A stretch of 64,000 nt of DNA from Candidatus Micrarchaeota archaeon RBG_16_49_10 (GTDB lineage Archaea > Aenigmatarchaeota > Aenigmatarchaeia > CG10238-14): contig MFRS01000003.1 of assembly GCA_001784635.1 (NCBI GenBank), forward strand, positions 30,777-94,776, given 5' to 3'. Below, piece by piece: positions 1 to 10,440 of the stretch. Positions within the stretch are counted from its first letter, which is position 1; every line of letters starts with the position of its first letter. The position numbers and the translations under genes were made by a program. Below the pieces are notes generated by a model. That model was not told where the DNA came from. It ran no database searches and saw only the letters and a list, made by a program, of their open reading frames with translations.

Positions 1-412
1 TTATCTGGGACATCTCCGATACGGTCTTTCCAGGGGCTATGTTCTTGATAATCTGCTCGACGGCATCCTCGGAAGCTTTTATCACAGGGCTGGAGTTTTC
101 CCCAAGCAGGACTGAGAATGCGCCGTCGGCTATGTAACCGTCTATCTGGACGCCTATGTCCACCTTCACCAGGTCGCCGGGATTGAAAGTGAGGGTATCA
201 TCAAAATCAGGTGTGTAATGGGCCGTGATGTCGTTTATCGAGACGTTCAAAGGGAATGCCAGCCCTCCGCCCTTGGCCTTTATGGAATCCTCTATCTTTT
301 TGGTGAAGTCCAGGACGCTTGCCCCATCCTTGACCATCCCCCTGGCCAATTGGGCTACCTCCTTGTGGATCTTGCCCGCCTTCTCGTATTTCTCGAGGAC
401 ATCCTTTTCCAT
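1..412 (-). CDS. map: Methionine aminopeptidase type II (partial, runs off the window start)
   Basis: Manual translation from ATG at 412: MEKDVLEKYEKAGKIH...AFPLNVSINDITAHYTP...DLVKVDIGVQIDGYIADGAFS, which are the MetAP2 metal-binding motifs. Confidence 0.92.
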   Translation of the reverse strand, partial: MEKDVLEKYEKAGKIHKEVAQLARGMVKDGASVLDFTKKIEDSIKAKGGGLAFPLNVSINDITAHYTPDFDDTLTFNPGDLVKVDIGVQIDGYIADGAFSVLLGENSSPVIKASEDAVEQIIKNIAPGKTVSEMSQI

Positions 413-482
413 GACTAGAATTCGGAAATCAGATTGAAATAATTGATAAAATCTTTTTTACTCAAAACACCATTTCTATATC

Positions 483-2810
483 ATGAAGAGAATCCTCCTT
501 GCGCTCCTGGTCGCCCAGCTTTTCATGGTGGCGACCTATGCTATCAGCTTCTATGAGAACCCGACCAGCAAAAAGTCTATCGTGTTCGTCTCAAAGTACG
601 ACTCGAGCAGCATGGACTCGCAGACCTACCAGTACTTCAGGAAGATAAGGGAAAACTACTCGGTCTACCTGGTTGGTGACGGGAGCGTCTCCAGCGCGAA
701 TTCCGATTGGAAAAGCGCGTTGAATAGCTCTGATGCTGTATTCGTCACATCGCTGTCTAGTAATGCCTTGACAACAGGGAGGGACAGCTTCTGCAGGGAG
801 CTCTCCTCTGCGCTCAACATGACGAAGGGCGTTGTCTTCGCCGGGAACTCCACTATTTTTGACAACGAAAGCATGGGCTGCGTCTACACTCAGTACTTCG
901 ATTTCGCGAACAAGACTAACAACACTAGGATAACCCAGAGGGAGGTGAAGGTGATAAGCAACAGCCATGAGATAAGCAGCCCCTATGAGATTAGAACATA
1001 CAGCGTCCTTCAGGGGAGAATTTACCCTGTTGTTGACCCGAACAAAGCTACGTCGCTTGCTGCAGTCTGGGGGGATCCTGACGGCTCAGGCCCAAAGCCA
1101 GACGGATATTACCCCTTCCTCAACGTGTGGAGGGGGCTGACTTACAAGGCGGCATCATGGGGGATAGAGGATTATGCCATCGATTGCCCCGGCTGCTTGG
1201 ATTGGGGGCTGCTTAACAGGACTTTGGCGTGGGTTTCGGACAAAAGCGACATAGGCTTCAACGTCTCGACGAACAAGGAAATCTTCATGCCAGGGGAGGA
1301 GATACAGATATCAGTAGCGTCACCTGTGGATATACAGAGCCTGGAGGGACAGATAGTATACCCTGACGGGAAAGTGAAATCATTGTTTCTCACTGGCTCC
1401 GGCAAATCCTGGGGCTCAATATACCTGCTCGACGAAGCTGATCCGCTCGGCAAGTACGAGATAAGCGTGAGGTATGGGTCAGTAGTTGTGAAGAGGAACG
1501 TGGAAGTGAAGCTGTTGAAGGTTGAGGTCTCCATAGAGAATGTCACCGAGAGTGTGCTTATCAAATTCGAAATTTGGGGTATGCAGGGGCAGCGCATAGA
1601 TGAGATAAACTCGTCTGTGAAGGTCACTGGACCCAATGGCAACTACACCACATACTTAAACCAGAAAGGGCGCTTCAACATAACCTACAATGTTTCCAAT
1701 ACTGGATGGCACACTGTCAACTTCCAAGCCAACTACACTGGGCGGAAGATAGAGGGGGAAACCAGCTTTTACGGGAGGGGGAGGCTTGGGCTGGCTGTCA
1801 CTCCTGAGACCATAGTTATAAAGACGGCATACCCGGCAAACATGACCGGGACTGCGCTTATCACTAACAGCGGGGGTGAAAAAATAACTAACCTGACAGT
1901 TGAAATTTTAGGGGAAGTGGAGCCTCTTTTCAAAAACAAGAGTTTTGTCATCCCGTCGATAAATTCCAAGGGGAACTACACGCTCAGGCTTAATTTGAGC
2001 GTGCCCGACGAGCAAAGGGTGTATAAAGGCGTCATGAAGCTCTCTTACCTAGACCAAGTCCTCGAGGTCCCAGTGTCGGTTGAGCTGAGATACCCCAGCA
2101 GCATCTTGATAGAGCCCGCTAGCATGGACTTTTCCCTTTTGGCAGGGCAGAAAAAGACGATAGGGTTCGACCTGGAGAATTCAGGTAAGAGCGCGGCCAA
2201 AATCTACAATATAACCCTCCTCGGCGACCTCACAAGCTGGGGGGAGATAGTTGAAAAGCCTAAAGTGATTGAGCAAGGGGACCATGGGGCAGTCAAGATG
2301 TTCTTCGATACATCGAGCTTTTACGGGAGTGAGCTCCTGACCACCCTCAGCGGCAGCCTGGTTATAGAGACGGAGGACGAAACTATCACTGCGCCGATAT
2401 CGCTGAAGATTGCGGGGGATGTCATTGGAAAAATAAACGGCTTGTATAAGGATTTGGGATATCTGAACGGCAGGCTGGAGGAAGTCGAGAGGATTGCGGA
2501 TGTCAAGGACCTCTATGAAAGCCTTTCCAACCTGAGGGCCGACCTGGAGACGTCCAGGAACTACTATGAAAGCGGGGACTACGAGCAAAGTGCCCTCCTT
2601 GTCCAAAGCGTTGAGTCAAGCGCAGCCAGCCTGAAGGACTCTATAGCCTCGAGAAACGAAGAGGCCGTAAAGAAAAAGCAGAAAGCGATGACCATGGCCA
2701 TACTGGTGTCCTTAGCGATAGTGGCCGCCCTGGTCGGGTATCTGGTTTACAGGAAAAGGCGCGCAGAACAGGAATTCAGGCCTGTCTACAAGAAGTGGAC
2801 AAGGAAGTAG
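483..2810 (+). CDS. Large secreted, C-terminally membrane-anchored surface glycoprotein (Ig-like beta domains, coiled coil, TM)
   Basis: N-terminal signal peptide, many N-x-S/T sequons, beta-rich repeats, helical stalk, TM helix (AILVSLAIVAALVGYLVY) followed by a basic tail. Confidence 0.7.
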   Translation: MKRILLALLVAQLFMVATYAISFYENPTSKKSIVFVSKYDSSSMDSQTYQYFRKIRENYSVYLVGDGSVSSANSDWKSALNSSDAVFVTSLSSNALTTGRDSFCRELSSALNMTKGVVFAGNSTIFDNESMGCVYTQYFDFANKTNNTRITQREVKVISNSHEISSPYEIRTYSVLQGRIYPVVDPNKATSLAAVWGDPDGSGPKPDGYYPFLNVWRGLTYKAASWGIEDYAIDCPGCLDWGLLNRTLAWVSDKSDIGFNVSTNKEIFMPGEEIQISVASPVDIQSLEGQIVYPDGKVKSLFLTGSGKSWGSIYLLDEADPLGKYEISVRYGSVVVKRNVEVKLLKVEVSIENVTESVLIKFEIWGMQGQRIDEINSSVKVTGPNGNYTTYLNQKGRFNITYNVSNTGWHTVNFQANYTGRKIEGETSFYGRGRLGLAVTPETIVIKTAYPANMTGTALITNSGGEKITNLTVEILGEVEPLFKNKSFVIPSINSKGNYTLRLNLSVPDEQRVYKGVMKLSYLDQVLEVPVSVELRYPSSILIEPASMDFSLLAGQKKTIGFDLENSGKSAAKIYNITLLGDLTSWGEIVEKPKVIEQGDHGAVKMFFDTSSFYGSELLTTLSGSLVIETEDETITAPISLKIAGDVIGKINGLYKDLGYLNGRLEEVERIADVKDLYESLSNLRADLETSRNYYESGDYEQSALLVQSVESSAASLKDSIASRNEEAVKKKQKAMTMAILVSLAIVAALVGYLVYRKRRAEQEFRPVYKKWTRK

Positions 2811-3265
2811 CCAGAAATCCTTCTCATTAGGCCCTTGACTTCAGCCCTGAACCTCTCGTTCCTGAAGTAGATGAAAACCATAATCAAAATCCCGGCCAAA
2901 TCCGTCAGAAAGAAGAAAAGGGTGTACCGCAGGCCAAAGGGGTATACCGGGAACCTGTAAGAAATGAAGGGGTAAAATAATGGCAGGAAGGAATGGCACA
3001 GGTCAGCCAGGAAATGGGATAAATACCCGACAAAAAGCGCTGCCGATTTCTTGCGGTCCTTGGTGGCAAAATACGTGAAGGAGAAGGCGACTAGGGAGGC
3101 GAAAAGTGTGTGTCCTATAAACCTACCGGAAGGCGCGAAGCCGAGGAAGTGCAACGGCTTGTCTATCAAGTCCGCGAGTAGGGAACCGAAGATTCCGTAA
3201 GTGAAGGTTAGGCTCAGGATGGACATGGCCAACACGGCCAACCCCATATGGGCAAGGAAATACAT
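2786..3265 (-). CDS. Membrane-bound metal-dependent hydrolase (YdjM-like)
   Basis: Hydrophobic protein with motifs AHMG, GSLLADLIDK, GRFIGHTL and SHFLAD. Confidence 0.7.
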   Translation of the reverse strand: MYFLAHMGLAVLAMSILSLTFTYGIFGSLLADLIDKPLHFLGFAPSGRFIGHTLFASLVAFSFTYFATKDRKKSAALFVGYLSHFLADLCHSFLPLFYPFISYRFPVYPFGLRYTLFFFLTDLAGILIMVFIYFRNERFRAEVKGLMRRISGYFLVHFL

Positions 3266-3299
3266 TATTCTAATTTCATGGAGGATTTATTTAACAGTT

Positions 3300-3620
3300 T
3301 CAATTCTGGAGCTTGATCGAGATGTGTATGCCCTGGGGCACCTGGACCCTCAGGACCTGCCTTAGGGCCCTGTCGTCCGCCTGGATGTCTATCAGCCTCT
3401 TGTGGATTCTCATCTCCCACTTGTCAAAAGTGGTGTTCCCGTGGCCCGTGCCATCCCCGCAAGGCGTCTTCATGGGCCTCACCTTCAGCTTCTTGGTGGG
3501 CAAAGGTATTGGACCTCTCCAGTCAATCCCGAACTTCTTGGCTACCCCTATTATCTCTTTGCAAATATCGTCCAGCTGTTCAGGCTCCTTCCCGGAAAGC
3601 TTTATCCTCGCTACCTGCAT
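3300..3620 (-). CDS. rps10: 30S ribosomal protein S10 (uS10)
   Basis: ARIKLSG...GPIPLPTK...KTPCGDG...WEMRIHKRLIDI. Confidence 0.97.
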   Translation of the reverse strand: MQVARIKLSGKEPEQLDDICKEIIGVAKKFGIDWRGPIPLPTKKLKVRPMKTPCGDGTGHGNTTFDKWEMRIHKRLIDIQADDRALRQVLRVQVPQGIHISIKLQN

Positions 3621-3724
3621 GATAACCAGATATTAATTGTGGTATAAACGCATTTAAATGTTTTCACACGCCCTTTTAGGCTGGAATGAATAGTTTTCGG
3701 TGTTGAATTGGGTATAAGGTAATG

Positions 3725-3994
3725 TCACGGCATCCCCAATCCACGTAAGCCTTGGTGATCAGATAATATTTTCAGTCCATACCTACTTTTTAGATAACAA
3801 ATGGCAGTCTGGGTTTGGAGATTATCATGTCTGCTTAGGAAATCTTCATTTATTAGTTTAGTTATTCTGCTACAGCGAATCCCCTCTGGATGGGACAATA
3901 AAATTTCTAACACCATACTAGCGTATGAGGACCTTAATCCCATCAGTACTTCAGCTCTTGGGCGCTCAGTAAGACGATAATGTGGGTTTGTCAT
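3725..3994 (-). CDS. Hypothetical protein (AT-richer ORFan between tuf and rps10, possibly HTH-like)
   Basis: 89-aa ORF filling the tuf-rps10 gap on the operon strand; no recognised motif. Confidence 0.45.
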   Translation of the reverse strand: MTNPHYRLTERPRAEVLMGLRSSYASMVLEILLSHPEGIRCSRITKLINEDFLSRHDNLQTQTAICYLKSRYGLKILSDHQGLRGLGMP

Positions 3995-4051
3995 GAGGAA
4001 ATTGTTGTAAGTTAAAAATAAAAAGAAAAGGTAAAAGGAAAAAAAGAATAA

Positions 4052-5326
4052 TTACTTCTTCACCAAGTCGATGACAATCCCTGCCGCGACCGTCTGGCCC
4101 ATGTCCCTTATCGCAAACCTGGCGAGCTGCGGGAATTCTGACTGCTTCTCCACAACCATAGGCTTTGTCGGCACAACCCTTATCTTGGCGGCGTCCCCAG
4201 TCTTAAGGAAGTCCGGGTGCTTCTCTGTCTCCTGGCCTGTCTTCGGGTCTATCTTGCTGATGAGCTCCTCGAACTTGCAGGCGACTGAAGACGTTCCCAA
4301 GTGGAAGACTGGTGTGTACCCCTTCGTCATGACTGTCGGATGCTGCAGCACTATTATCTGGGCCGTGAACTCCTTAGCCACTGTTGGCGGGTTTGAAACT
4401 GGCCCTGCCACGTCCCCTCTCTTCACGTCGTTCTTGCCGATGCCCCTCACGTTGAACCCGATGTTGTCCCCTGGTATCGCTTTCGGCTGCTCCTTGTGGA
4501 ACATCTCTATCTTTTTGACCTCTCCCTGGGCGCCACTTGGCATGAAGACTAACTTGTCACCCGGCTTGAGAACTCCCGTCTCTACCCTGCCTACGGGGAC
4601 TGTCCCTACGCCCGTGATTGAATAGGCGTCCTGGATTGGTATCCTAAGCGGCTTGTCCATCGGCAATTCCGGCGCAGTGAAAGCGCTGTCCATGGCTTCC
4701 ACCAAAGTTGGCCCGGTGAACCATGAAAGCTTGTCGGACTTCTTGAAGATGTTGTCTCCCATCAATCCGGAGACTGGCACCATGAGTATCTTGCTGCCGT
4801 CATAACCTATGGATGACAAGAGCTTCTTGACCTCAACCGTCAAGGTATCATATACCTTCTTGTCGTAGCTCTCCGTGTCCATCTTGTTTATCGCGACAAC
4901 CAGCTGCTTTATGCCCAAGACCTTTATCAGGAACGCGTGCTCCTTTGTCTGCTGCTGGATCCCCTCACCCTTCTTGGCAGAGACGACCAGTATCGCCGCA
5001 TCCGCCTGTGAGGCGCCTGTGATCATGTTTTTGACAAAGTCCCTGTGGCCTGGCGCATCGATAATCGTGTAATAAAATTTCTTGGTCTCAAAGGGTTGGT
5101 GTGAAATGTCTATGGTGACTCCCCTTTCCCTTTCCTCCTTCAACCTGTCCATGAAATAAGCAAACTCGAAAGTCTCCTTCTTGTACTCCTTCGCGAGCTC
5201 CTTCATCTTCCTGAGCTGCTCTTCCCTGACAACCCCTGAATCGAACAGTAGCCTTCCTATCATCGTCGATTTACCTGCGTCTACATGCCCGACAGTGACT
5301 AGGTTGATTTTTGGTAATTCAGCCAT
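4052..5326 (-). CDS. tuf: Translation elongation factor EF-1 alpha
   Basis: [46 protein letters not shown] before ATG at 5326. Confidence 0.98.
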   Translation of the reverse strand: MAELPKINLVTVGHVDAGKSTMIGRLLFDSGVVREEQLRKMKELAKEYKKETFEFAYFMDRLKEERERGVTIDISHQPFETKKFYYTIIDAPGHRDFVKNMITGASQADAAILVVSAKKGEGIQQQTKEHAFLIKVLGIKQLVVAINKMDTESYDKKVYDTLTVEVKKLLSSIGYDGSKILMVPVSGLMGDNIFKKSDKLSWFTGPTLVEAMDSAFTAPELPMDKPLRIPIQDAYSITGVGTVPVGRVETGVLKPGDKLVFMPSGAQGEVKKIEMFHKEQPKAIPGDNIGFNVRGIGKNDVKRGDVAGPVSNPPTVAKEFTAQIIVLQHPTVMTKGYTPVFHLGTSSVACKFEELISKIDPKTGQETEKHPDFLKTGDAAKIRVVPTKPMVVEKQSEFPQLARFAIRDMGQTVAAGIVIDLVKK

Positions 5327-5369
5327 CAATGACACCTCCTATACAAGTATAAATTATTATTATATAGCT

Positions 5370-7568
5370 TTAAATTTCTTCTTCCATTGACTTGGGTATT
5401 GTCTGGCTAAGCCCCTTCCTTTTCCTGATGTTCAGGACCACCTGATCCTGCAAATCCTTGGGGATTTTTTCGAATATGACATCAATAAGGCTGTAGAACC
5501 CTTTCCCGCCGGTGGCCGACTTCAGCGAGGAGTCAAAGCCGAACATCTCCGCGACGGGTATTTTGGCCTGAATCATTGTGACACCCCTTTCCTCGTTCAT
5601 CTCCAAAATCTGACCTCTCCTGTTCTGGGTCTCCTTTATCGCCCCTCCCATCAATTCAGTCGGGACATCTATCCTTATGATTTGCTTGGGCTCAAGGAGC
5701 AGAGGGTCCGCGTGAAGCATGCAGTCTGAGATGCCGTGCCTTATGGCAGGCAGTATCTGCCCAGGCCCGCGGTGCACAGGGTCCTCGTGGAGTTCCGCGT
5801 CAACGAGAATAGCCTTTATAGCATAGCAGAGCTCCTTTGCGAGCGGCCCCTGGTCAATCATGTACTTGAAGCCTTCCTTGACCATCTCCATGACCTCGTT
5901 CAGGTACTGGACACCTTTCGTCTGGTCTATCAGCATGTTCTTCTCGTAAATGAGTTGGATTTTCTTGATGTCCTTCGCCTCCATGCCCAGCTCGACGAGG
6001 GTATTCTGGAGCTCCTGGTTCTTCTTCTTGAAGTCATAGTTGCTTGGTATCCTTTCCTCTTTCATGGCCTGGTATATGGGCCCGTCCAGAGGCTCAATGT
6101 AAAAGTAGAATTTGTTGTGCTTGTTGGGGGACTTCCCCTCGATCACCGAGGACCTTTTGCCGACGGTTTCCCTGTAGACGACTATGGGCGGCGACATCTT
6201 GACGTCCATTTCCATCTCCTTGAACTTCCTCTCGACCTTAGCGTCCAAATGGAGCTCGCCCAATCCTGATATCAGGTACTCGCCAGTCTCCTCGTTTATC
6301 TTGACCTTTATCGTGGTGTCTTCCCTGGCCAGCTTCTTCAGGAAGGTTATCAGCTTGGTGAGGTCCTGTGGATTCTTTGGCTCCATGGACTTAGTGACGA
6401 CAGGCTCGAACATGTGCTTTATTTCCTCGAAGGGTTGTATGATGTGCTCTGGCTCGCAAAGGGTCTCACCGGAGAAGGCGTCGTTCAAGCCGACTATAGC
6501 CACTATGTTGCCGGCCACAACCTCCTCGACCTGGATTCTATGAGCGCCTTTGTAGACGGCGACCTGCTGAATCCTTTGGGGTTTTTGCTTCCCTATGAGA
6601 TAGACGTCTTTCCCCTTCTCTATTTTCCCGGAAAAAATCCTCGCGGTGCACACAAAGCCTGCATGCGGGTCCGGGTTTATTTTAGTTATGATCGCAGCCA
6701 GCTTGGCACTGGTATCAACATTGACCATCGCTTTTCCTATTTCCGACTCCATGTCGCCGGACCAAATCTTAGGTATCCTGTATCTCTGCGCCTCCTTCGG
6801 CGAAGGTAGGTGGTTGATAGTCATATCGAGGACGACCTTGTGCAGAGGCGATTTTTTGGCCAGCTCGTCCTCAGTTCCATTCTCTGTGGCATCTATTATG
6901 TCTTTGAACGTTATCCCGACCTTCTTCATGAAAGGGACTGAAGTGCCCCATTTTTTCAAGGCCGAGCCGAAAGCCACAGAGCCGTCAGAGACATTCACCA
7001 GCCATTTGTCCCTGTAATCAGGTTCGGCGTACTTCTGAATAAGCAGGTTGACCTCGGTTATAATCTTCATGAACCTCTCTTGAATCTGCTCCGGCGTAAG
7101 CTTGAGCTCCTTTATCAGCCGATCCACCTTGTTTATGAAAAGCACCGGCTTCGCCCTCTCCTTGAGAGCCTGCCTAAGGACGGTCTCGGTCTGCGGCATT
7201 ATCTTCTCGACAGCGTCGATCAGGACAATGGCACCATCGACAGCCCTCAGGGCACGCGTCACATCGCCTCCGAAATCCACATGTCCCGGCGTGTCTATAA
7301 GGTTGATAAGGTAATCGTCCCCTTCGTAGTCGTGGACCATTGTTATATTGGCAGACCAGATTGTAATGCCCCTCTCCTGTTCCTGGTCGTCAAAATCCAG
7401 GAACCTCTGCTGGCCGGCGAGGTGCTCTGATATCATGCCCGCCCCTGCGACAAGGCTATCTGAGAAAGTCGTCTTGCCGTGGTCGATGTGGGCTACAGTG
7501 CTTATGTTCCTTATTTTTTCCGGTTTATACATCAACTCTTTTATCCTGTCAATCATCTCTTTTGCCAT
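5370..7568 (-). CDS. fusA: Translation elongation factor EF-2
   Basis: AHIDHGKTT, DTPGHVDF, NKVD, diphthamide loop HEDPVHRGPGQ. Confidence 0.98.
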   Translation of the reverse strand: MAKEMIDRIKELMYKPEKIRNISTVAHIDHGKTTFSDSLVAGAGMISEHLAGQQRFLDFDDQEQERGITIWSANITMVHDYEGDDYLINLIDTPGHVDFGGDVTRALRAVDGAIVLIDAVEKIMPQTETVLRQALKERAKPVLFINKVDRLIKELKLTPEQIQERFMKIITEVNLLIQKYAEPDYRDKWLVNVSDGSVAFGSALKKWGTSVPFMKKVGITFKDIIDATENGTEDELAKKSPLHKVVLDMTINHLPSPKEAQRYRIPKIWSGDMESEIGKAMVNVDTSAKLAAIITKINPDPHAGFVCTARIFSGKIEKGKDVYLIGKQKPQRIQQVAVYKGAHRIQVEEVVAGNIVAIVGLNDAFSGETLCEPEHIIQPFEEIKHMFEPVVTKSMEPKNPQDLTKLITFLKKLAREDTTIKVKINEETGEYLISGLGELHLDAKVERKFKEMEMDVKMSPPIVVYRETVGKRSSVIEGKSPNKHNKFYFYIEPLDGPIYQAMKEERIPSNYDFKKKNQELQNTLVELGMEAKDIKKIQLIYEKNMLIDQTKGVQYLNEVMEMVKEGFKYMIDQGPLAKELCYAIKAILVDAELHEDPVHRGPGQILPAIRHGISDCMLHADPLLLEPKQIIRIDVPTELMGGAIKETQNRRGQILEMNEERGVTMIQAKIPVAEMFGFDSSLKSATGGKGFYSLIDVIFEKIPKDLQDQVVLNIRKRKGLSQTIPKSMEEEI

Positions 7569-7595
7569 CGCTGTATCCCCGTCTGAATGTTCAAG

Positions 7596-8198
7596 TTACC
7601 TAGCCACGCTAGCCTCTCTCTCTATTCTCTCCCTCTCCTTTATCGCCTCGGACTTGGAAGCGTCATTCTTGTAAGCGTAAAGTATTTCCTCTGCGAGCGC
7701 GTCCTTGATTGAGACTTTTTTGCCGAAAGACCTTCTGTAGGCGGACTGCGTTATTATAGTCAATGCGGAATCCACCCTCCTCTGCGGGGAGGTGACGACA
7801 GCCTTCCTCACCATGACTCCGCCCATCTGGTAGGATGTAATCTCCTCCCTTAATGAGGCATTCTCCAATGCCAAAACCAAAATCTTTATAGGGTTCTCTT
7901 TTGTCTTCTTCTCGAGCTCGTCAAAGACGCCGAGGATTATGTTTATTATCGTTTGGCTTTTGCCTGTCTGCCTGCCGGAGCTTATTATGTGCTTCTTGCT
8001 CCTGTGGCCGTTCACCATTATCTTGTTTATGAGCCTTTCAACGATGTTCATCTTGGATTTGTGGAACTGCTGCCTGCTGTACCTGCCGCCGGTCTTTGGC
8101 GATGCTATTGGCCTAAGGTTTATGTATGGCTTCAAGCCAAGGTCGGCGACCTCTACGCCATCAAAAGACCATCTATTGAAAAGTTTGACGTCAGCCAT
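7596..8198 (-). CDS. rps7: 30S ribosomal protein S7
   Basis: KLFNRWS...IVERLINK...SPQRRVD...LAEEI; position in the str operon. Confidence 0.97.
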   Translation of the reverse strand: MADVKLFNRWSFDGVEVADLGLKPYINLRPIASPKTGGRYSRQQFHKSKMNIVERLINKIMVNGHRSKKHIISSGRQTGKSQTIINIILGVFDELEKKTKENPIKILVLALENASLREEITSYQMGGVMVRKAVVTSPQRRVDSALTIITQSAYRRSFGKKVSIKDALAEEILYAYKNDASKSEAIKERERIEREASVAR

Positions 8199-8202
8199 AG
8201 GA

Positions 8203-8631
8203 TTACCTCATCGGCTTCTGCTTCTTGCCCTTCAAAATCTCAGGAAGAGATATCCCATTGACCTTGATGACTTTGTACTTTATCCCCCACTGGCTGCCGA
8301 CAGGGCCGCCTTGGGAGCCACCTATCCCCTCTATCACGACTTCATCGTGCTCGCTTATGTGGTCTATGGCCTTGGTTCCAGGCACGAAAGCCGTGACTTG
8401 TATGTTGTTTTTGGTAAGCTGGACACGGACTGTCTTTATCAGGCCTGAGTGTGGCTGCTTCTGCTCGCAAGTCCTTTTGTCGATGACAATGCCCTTGCCC
8501 TGGGGGGAAGTGCCCAAAGGCTCCTTTTCCTTTAGGTGAAGGTGCCTCTTCATGTACTTTTGCTCCTTCCACCTCTGCCTCATTCTGCCTTTCCTGAGCT
8601 TCCTGGCGGAAAATTCTCCTCTTGCCATCAT
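8203..8631 (-). CDS. rps12: 30S ribosomal protein S12 (divergent decoding loops)
   Basis: GEFSARKL, KQPHSG, RVQLTKN..VTAFVPG..AIDHISEHDEV; operon position. Confidence 0.95.
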   Translation of the reverse strand: MMARGEFSARKLRKGRMRQRWKEQKYMKRHLHLKEKEPLGTSPQGKGIVIDKRTCEQKQPHSGLIKTVRVQLTKNNIQVTAFVPGTKAIDHISEHDEVVIEGIGGSQGGPVGSQWGIKYKVIKVNGISLPEILKGKKQKPMR

Positions 8632-9044
8632 TTCACCTGAAGGTTCGATATATTATGAACTCTTTTCAATATCTCCTTATATATTTTTATCTTTTCCCCT
8701 CCCCTACCCATGACGTAGCCCTTGTCGGATTTGTCAACCCTGACCTCGACCTCGACCTCATTGCCATTCTCCTTGACGCTCACCTGCTTGGATTGGGGGA
8801 TGAGGTTCTTTATGAATTCGACGGGCTTTGATGAATACTCGAAGACCTTGACCTTTTTGCCGATGACGTTCTCGACGTTTTTTATTGATGAACCTCCCTT
8901 GCCTATGGCGAGGCCTATTTTACCCTCTTCGACTATGAAATATACCGTGTCATTGTCGACAAAGCAGTCCTTGACTGGTACATTGGTTATGTTCTCAAAA
9001 AGGGTTAGGAGCCTTATCGTCTCTGTCGTGAACACTATCGTCAT
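8628..9044 (-). CDS. nusA: Archaeal NusA (two KH domains)
   Basis: GLAIGKGG and GYVMGRGG KH loops; located between L30e and S12. Confidence 0.95.
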   Translation of the reverse strand: MTIVFTTETIRLLTLFENITNVPVKDCFVDNDTVYFIVEEGKIGLAIGKGGSSIKNVENVIGKKVKVFEYSSKPVEFIKNLIPQSKQVSVKENGNEVEVEVRVDKSDKGYVMGRGGEKIKIYKEILKRVHNISNLQVK

Positions 9045-9316
9045 TTCTCACTACCTTTTATCGCTATAACGCCCACTGAAAATGGCTTCCCGCAGACCAG
9101 ACCCAGGTCCATGCCGTTCCCCTGGTACTCCTCTATGTCAGTCTTGGAAATTTTTGAGTTGTGCTCTATCATTTTAATCTTGTCGGCAGGGAGGTTGTTG
9201 GCGTAAACCACCTTCTTCAGCTTCTGAGTCTTTAAGAGCTTCAGGACCTCCCCGTAGCCCATTATGACCTTTCCCTCCTTCACTTTGGCCTTAATCAGCT
9301 TGTTTAAGTCGCTCAT
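9041..9316 (-). CDS. rpl30e: 50S ribosomal protein L30e
   Basis: GKVIMG...[17 protein letters not shown]. Confidence 0.93.
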   Translation of the reverse strand: MSDLNKLIKAKVKEGKVIMGYGEVLKLLKTQKLKKVVYANNLPADKIKMIEHNSKISKTDIEEYQGNGMDLGLVCGKPFSVGVIAIKGSEK

Positions 9317-10440
9317 TCGTCTTCCATCCTGACAATCAAGTCAAACATCCCGGTTCCGACAGGTATTTGTTGGTTTACCATTATATTTTCGAACAAACCG
9401 TTAAAGTTATCTGCCTCGTTTCTGACTGATGCCCTGACAAGGTGCTTAACAGTCTCCTCAAATCCTGCCCTGGTTAGAATCGAGGCTTTGGACCCCGCCA
9501 CGCCGTATCTCCCAACGGCTTCTATCGCGCCTTCAAAGGTCATTATATCAACGATCAATGTCAAGTGCCTTTTATCAACCTCCAACCCCTGCTGCTCGAG
9601 TATGGAGTTTAGTTCCGACAGCAAGACTGACCTTGCGGCCTCTATGCCCAAAGTCTCTGCCACCTCATGAATGTTGTTGGTGTAAGACCTATAAAAGTCT
9701 ATTTCCTCTATCTTGACCAGCTTTTCGAAATTGGAGCCCAAGGTCCTTATAACCCAGTCTTTCCCCTCGTTGAAGACCACGGTGTTGGTTATCTTGGGTA
9801 TCCCAGAAATTATCGACTCAAGAACCTTCTTCTTGATTCTCTGGAGCTCCTTTATCTCTATATCATCCTCGACCGAAACGTCGATGACCGAATGCCTCCT
9901 CATCATCTTGTACTTCTTGAACTTCAGCTTCAGTATCTCCGTTATCTTCTCGAACTTCTTTTCGTACTCCGGTTTCAGCTTAATTTTCACGACCTTGTTG
10001 GTCAAGTCCAGGGAGACAGACTCGACGAAGCCCTTTAGCCTCTTCTCTTTTATCTTCTTTGCGATCTTTTCGCTGTTCTTCTGGTCGTTAAATTCCTTTT
10101 TGAGGTATATGGTCATCGTCGGGGTTGTTGGCTCCTTTCTTGCGTCGAAGACCTCTATAAGCCTGGGCAGACCTAATGTGATCTGCATCCCCGCGGACCC
10201 CGCGAAGTGGTAGGTCCTCATCGTCATCTGGGTTGCCGGCTCAGAAATCGATTGGGCCGCTATGATGCCTACAGCCTCCCCTGGCTCGAAGGCGGAATTC
10301 AAATATACCTTTTGGACTTCCTTGGTCAGTTTTTCCCTCTTCTTCTCGTCGAATTTTTTGAGCTTGGAAACCCTATCTATTTCCCTGATCATCTCTTCAG
10401 GCAGGATCGTTTCATATTCTTTCTGCGATTTTTGCGACAT
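9313..10440 (-). CDS. rpoA2: RNA polymerase subunit A'' (Rpo1C)
   Basis: [46 protein letters not shown]. Confidence 0.97.
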   Translation of the reverse strand: MSQKSQKEYETILPEEMIREIDRVSKLKKFDEKKREKLTKEVQKVYLNSAFEPGEAVGIIAAQSISEPATQMTMRTYHFAGSAGMQITLGLPRLIEVFDARKEPTTPTMTIYLKKEFNDQKNSEKIAKKIKEKRLKGFVESVSLDLTNKVVKIKLKPEYEKKFEKITEILKLKFKKYKMMRRHSVIDVSVEDDIEIKELQRIKKKVLESIISGIPKITNTVVFNEGKDWVIRTLGSNFEKLVKIEEIDFYRSYTNNIHEVAETLGIEAARSVLLSELNSILEQQGLEVDKRHLTLIVDIMTFEGAIEAVGRYGVAGSKASILTRAGFEETVKHLVRASVRNEADNFNGLFENIMVNQQIPVGTGMFDLIVRMEDE

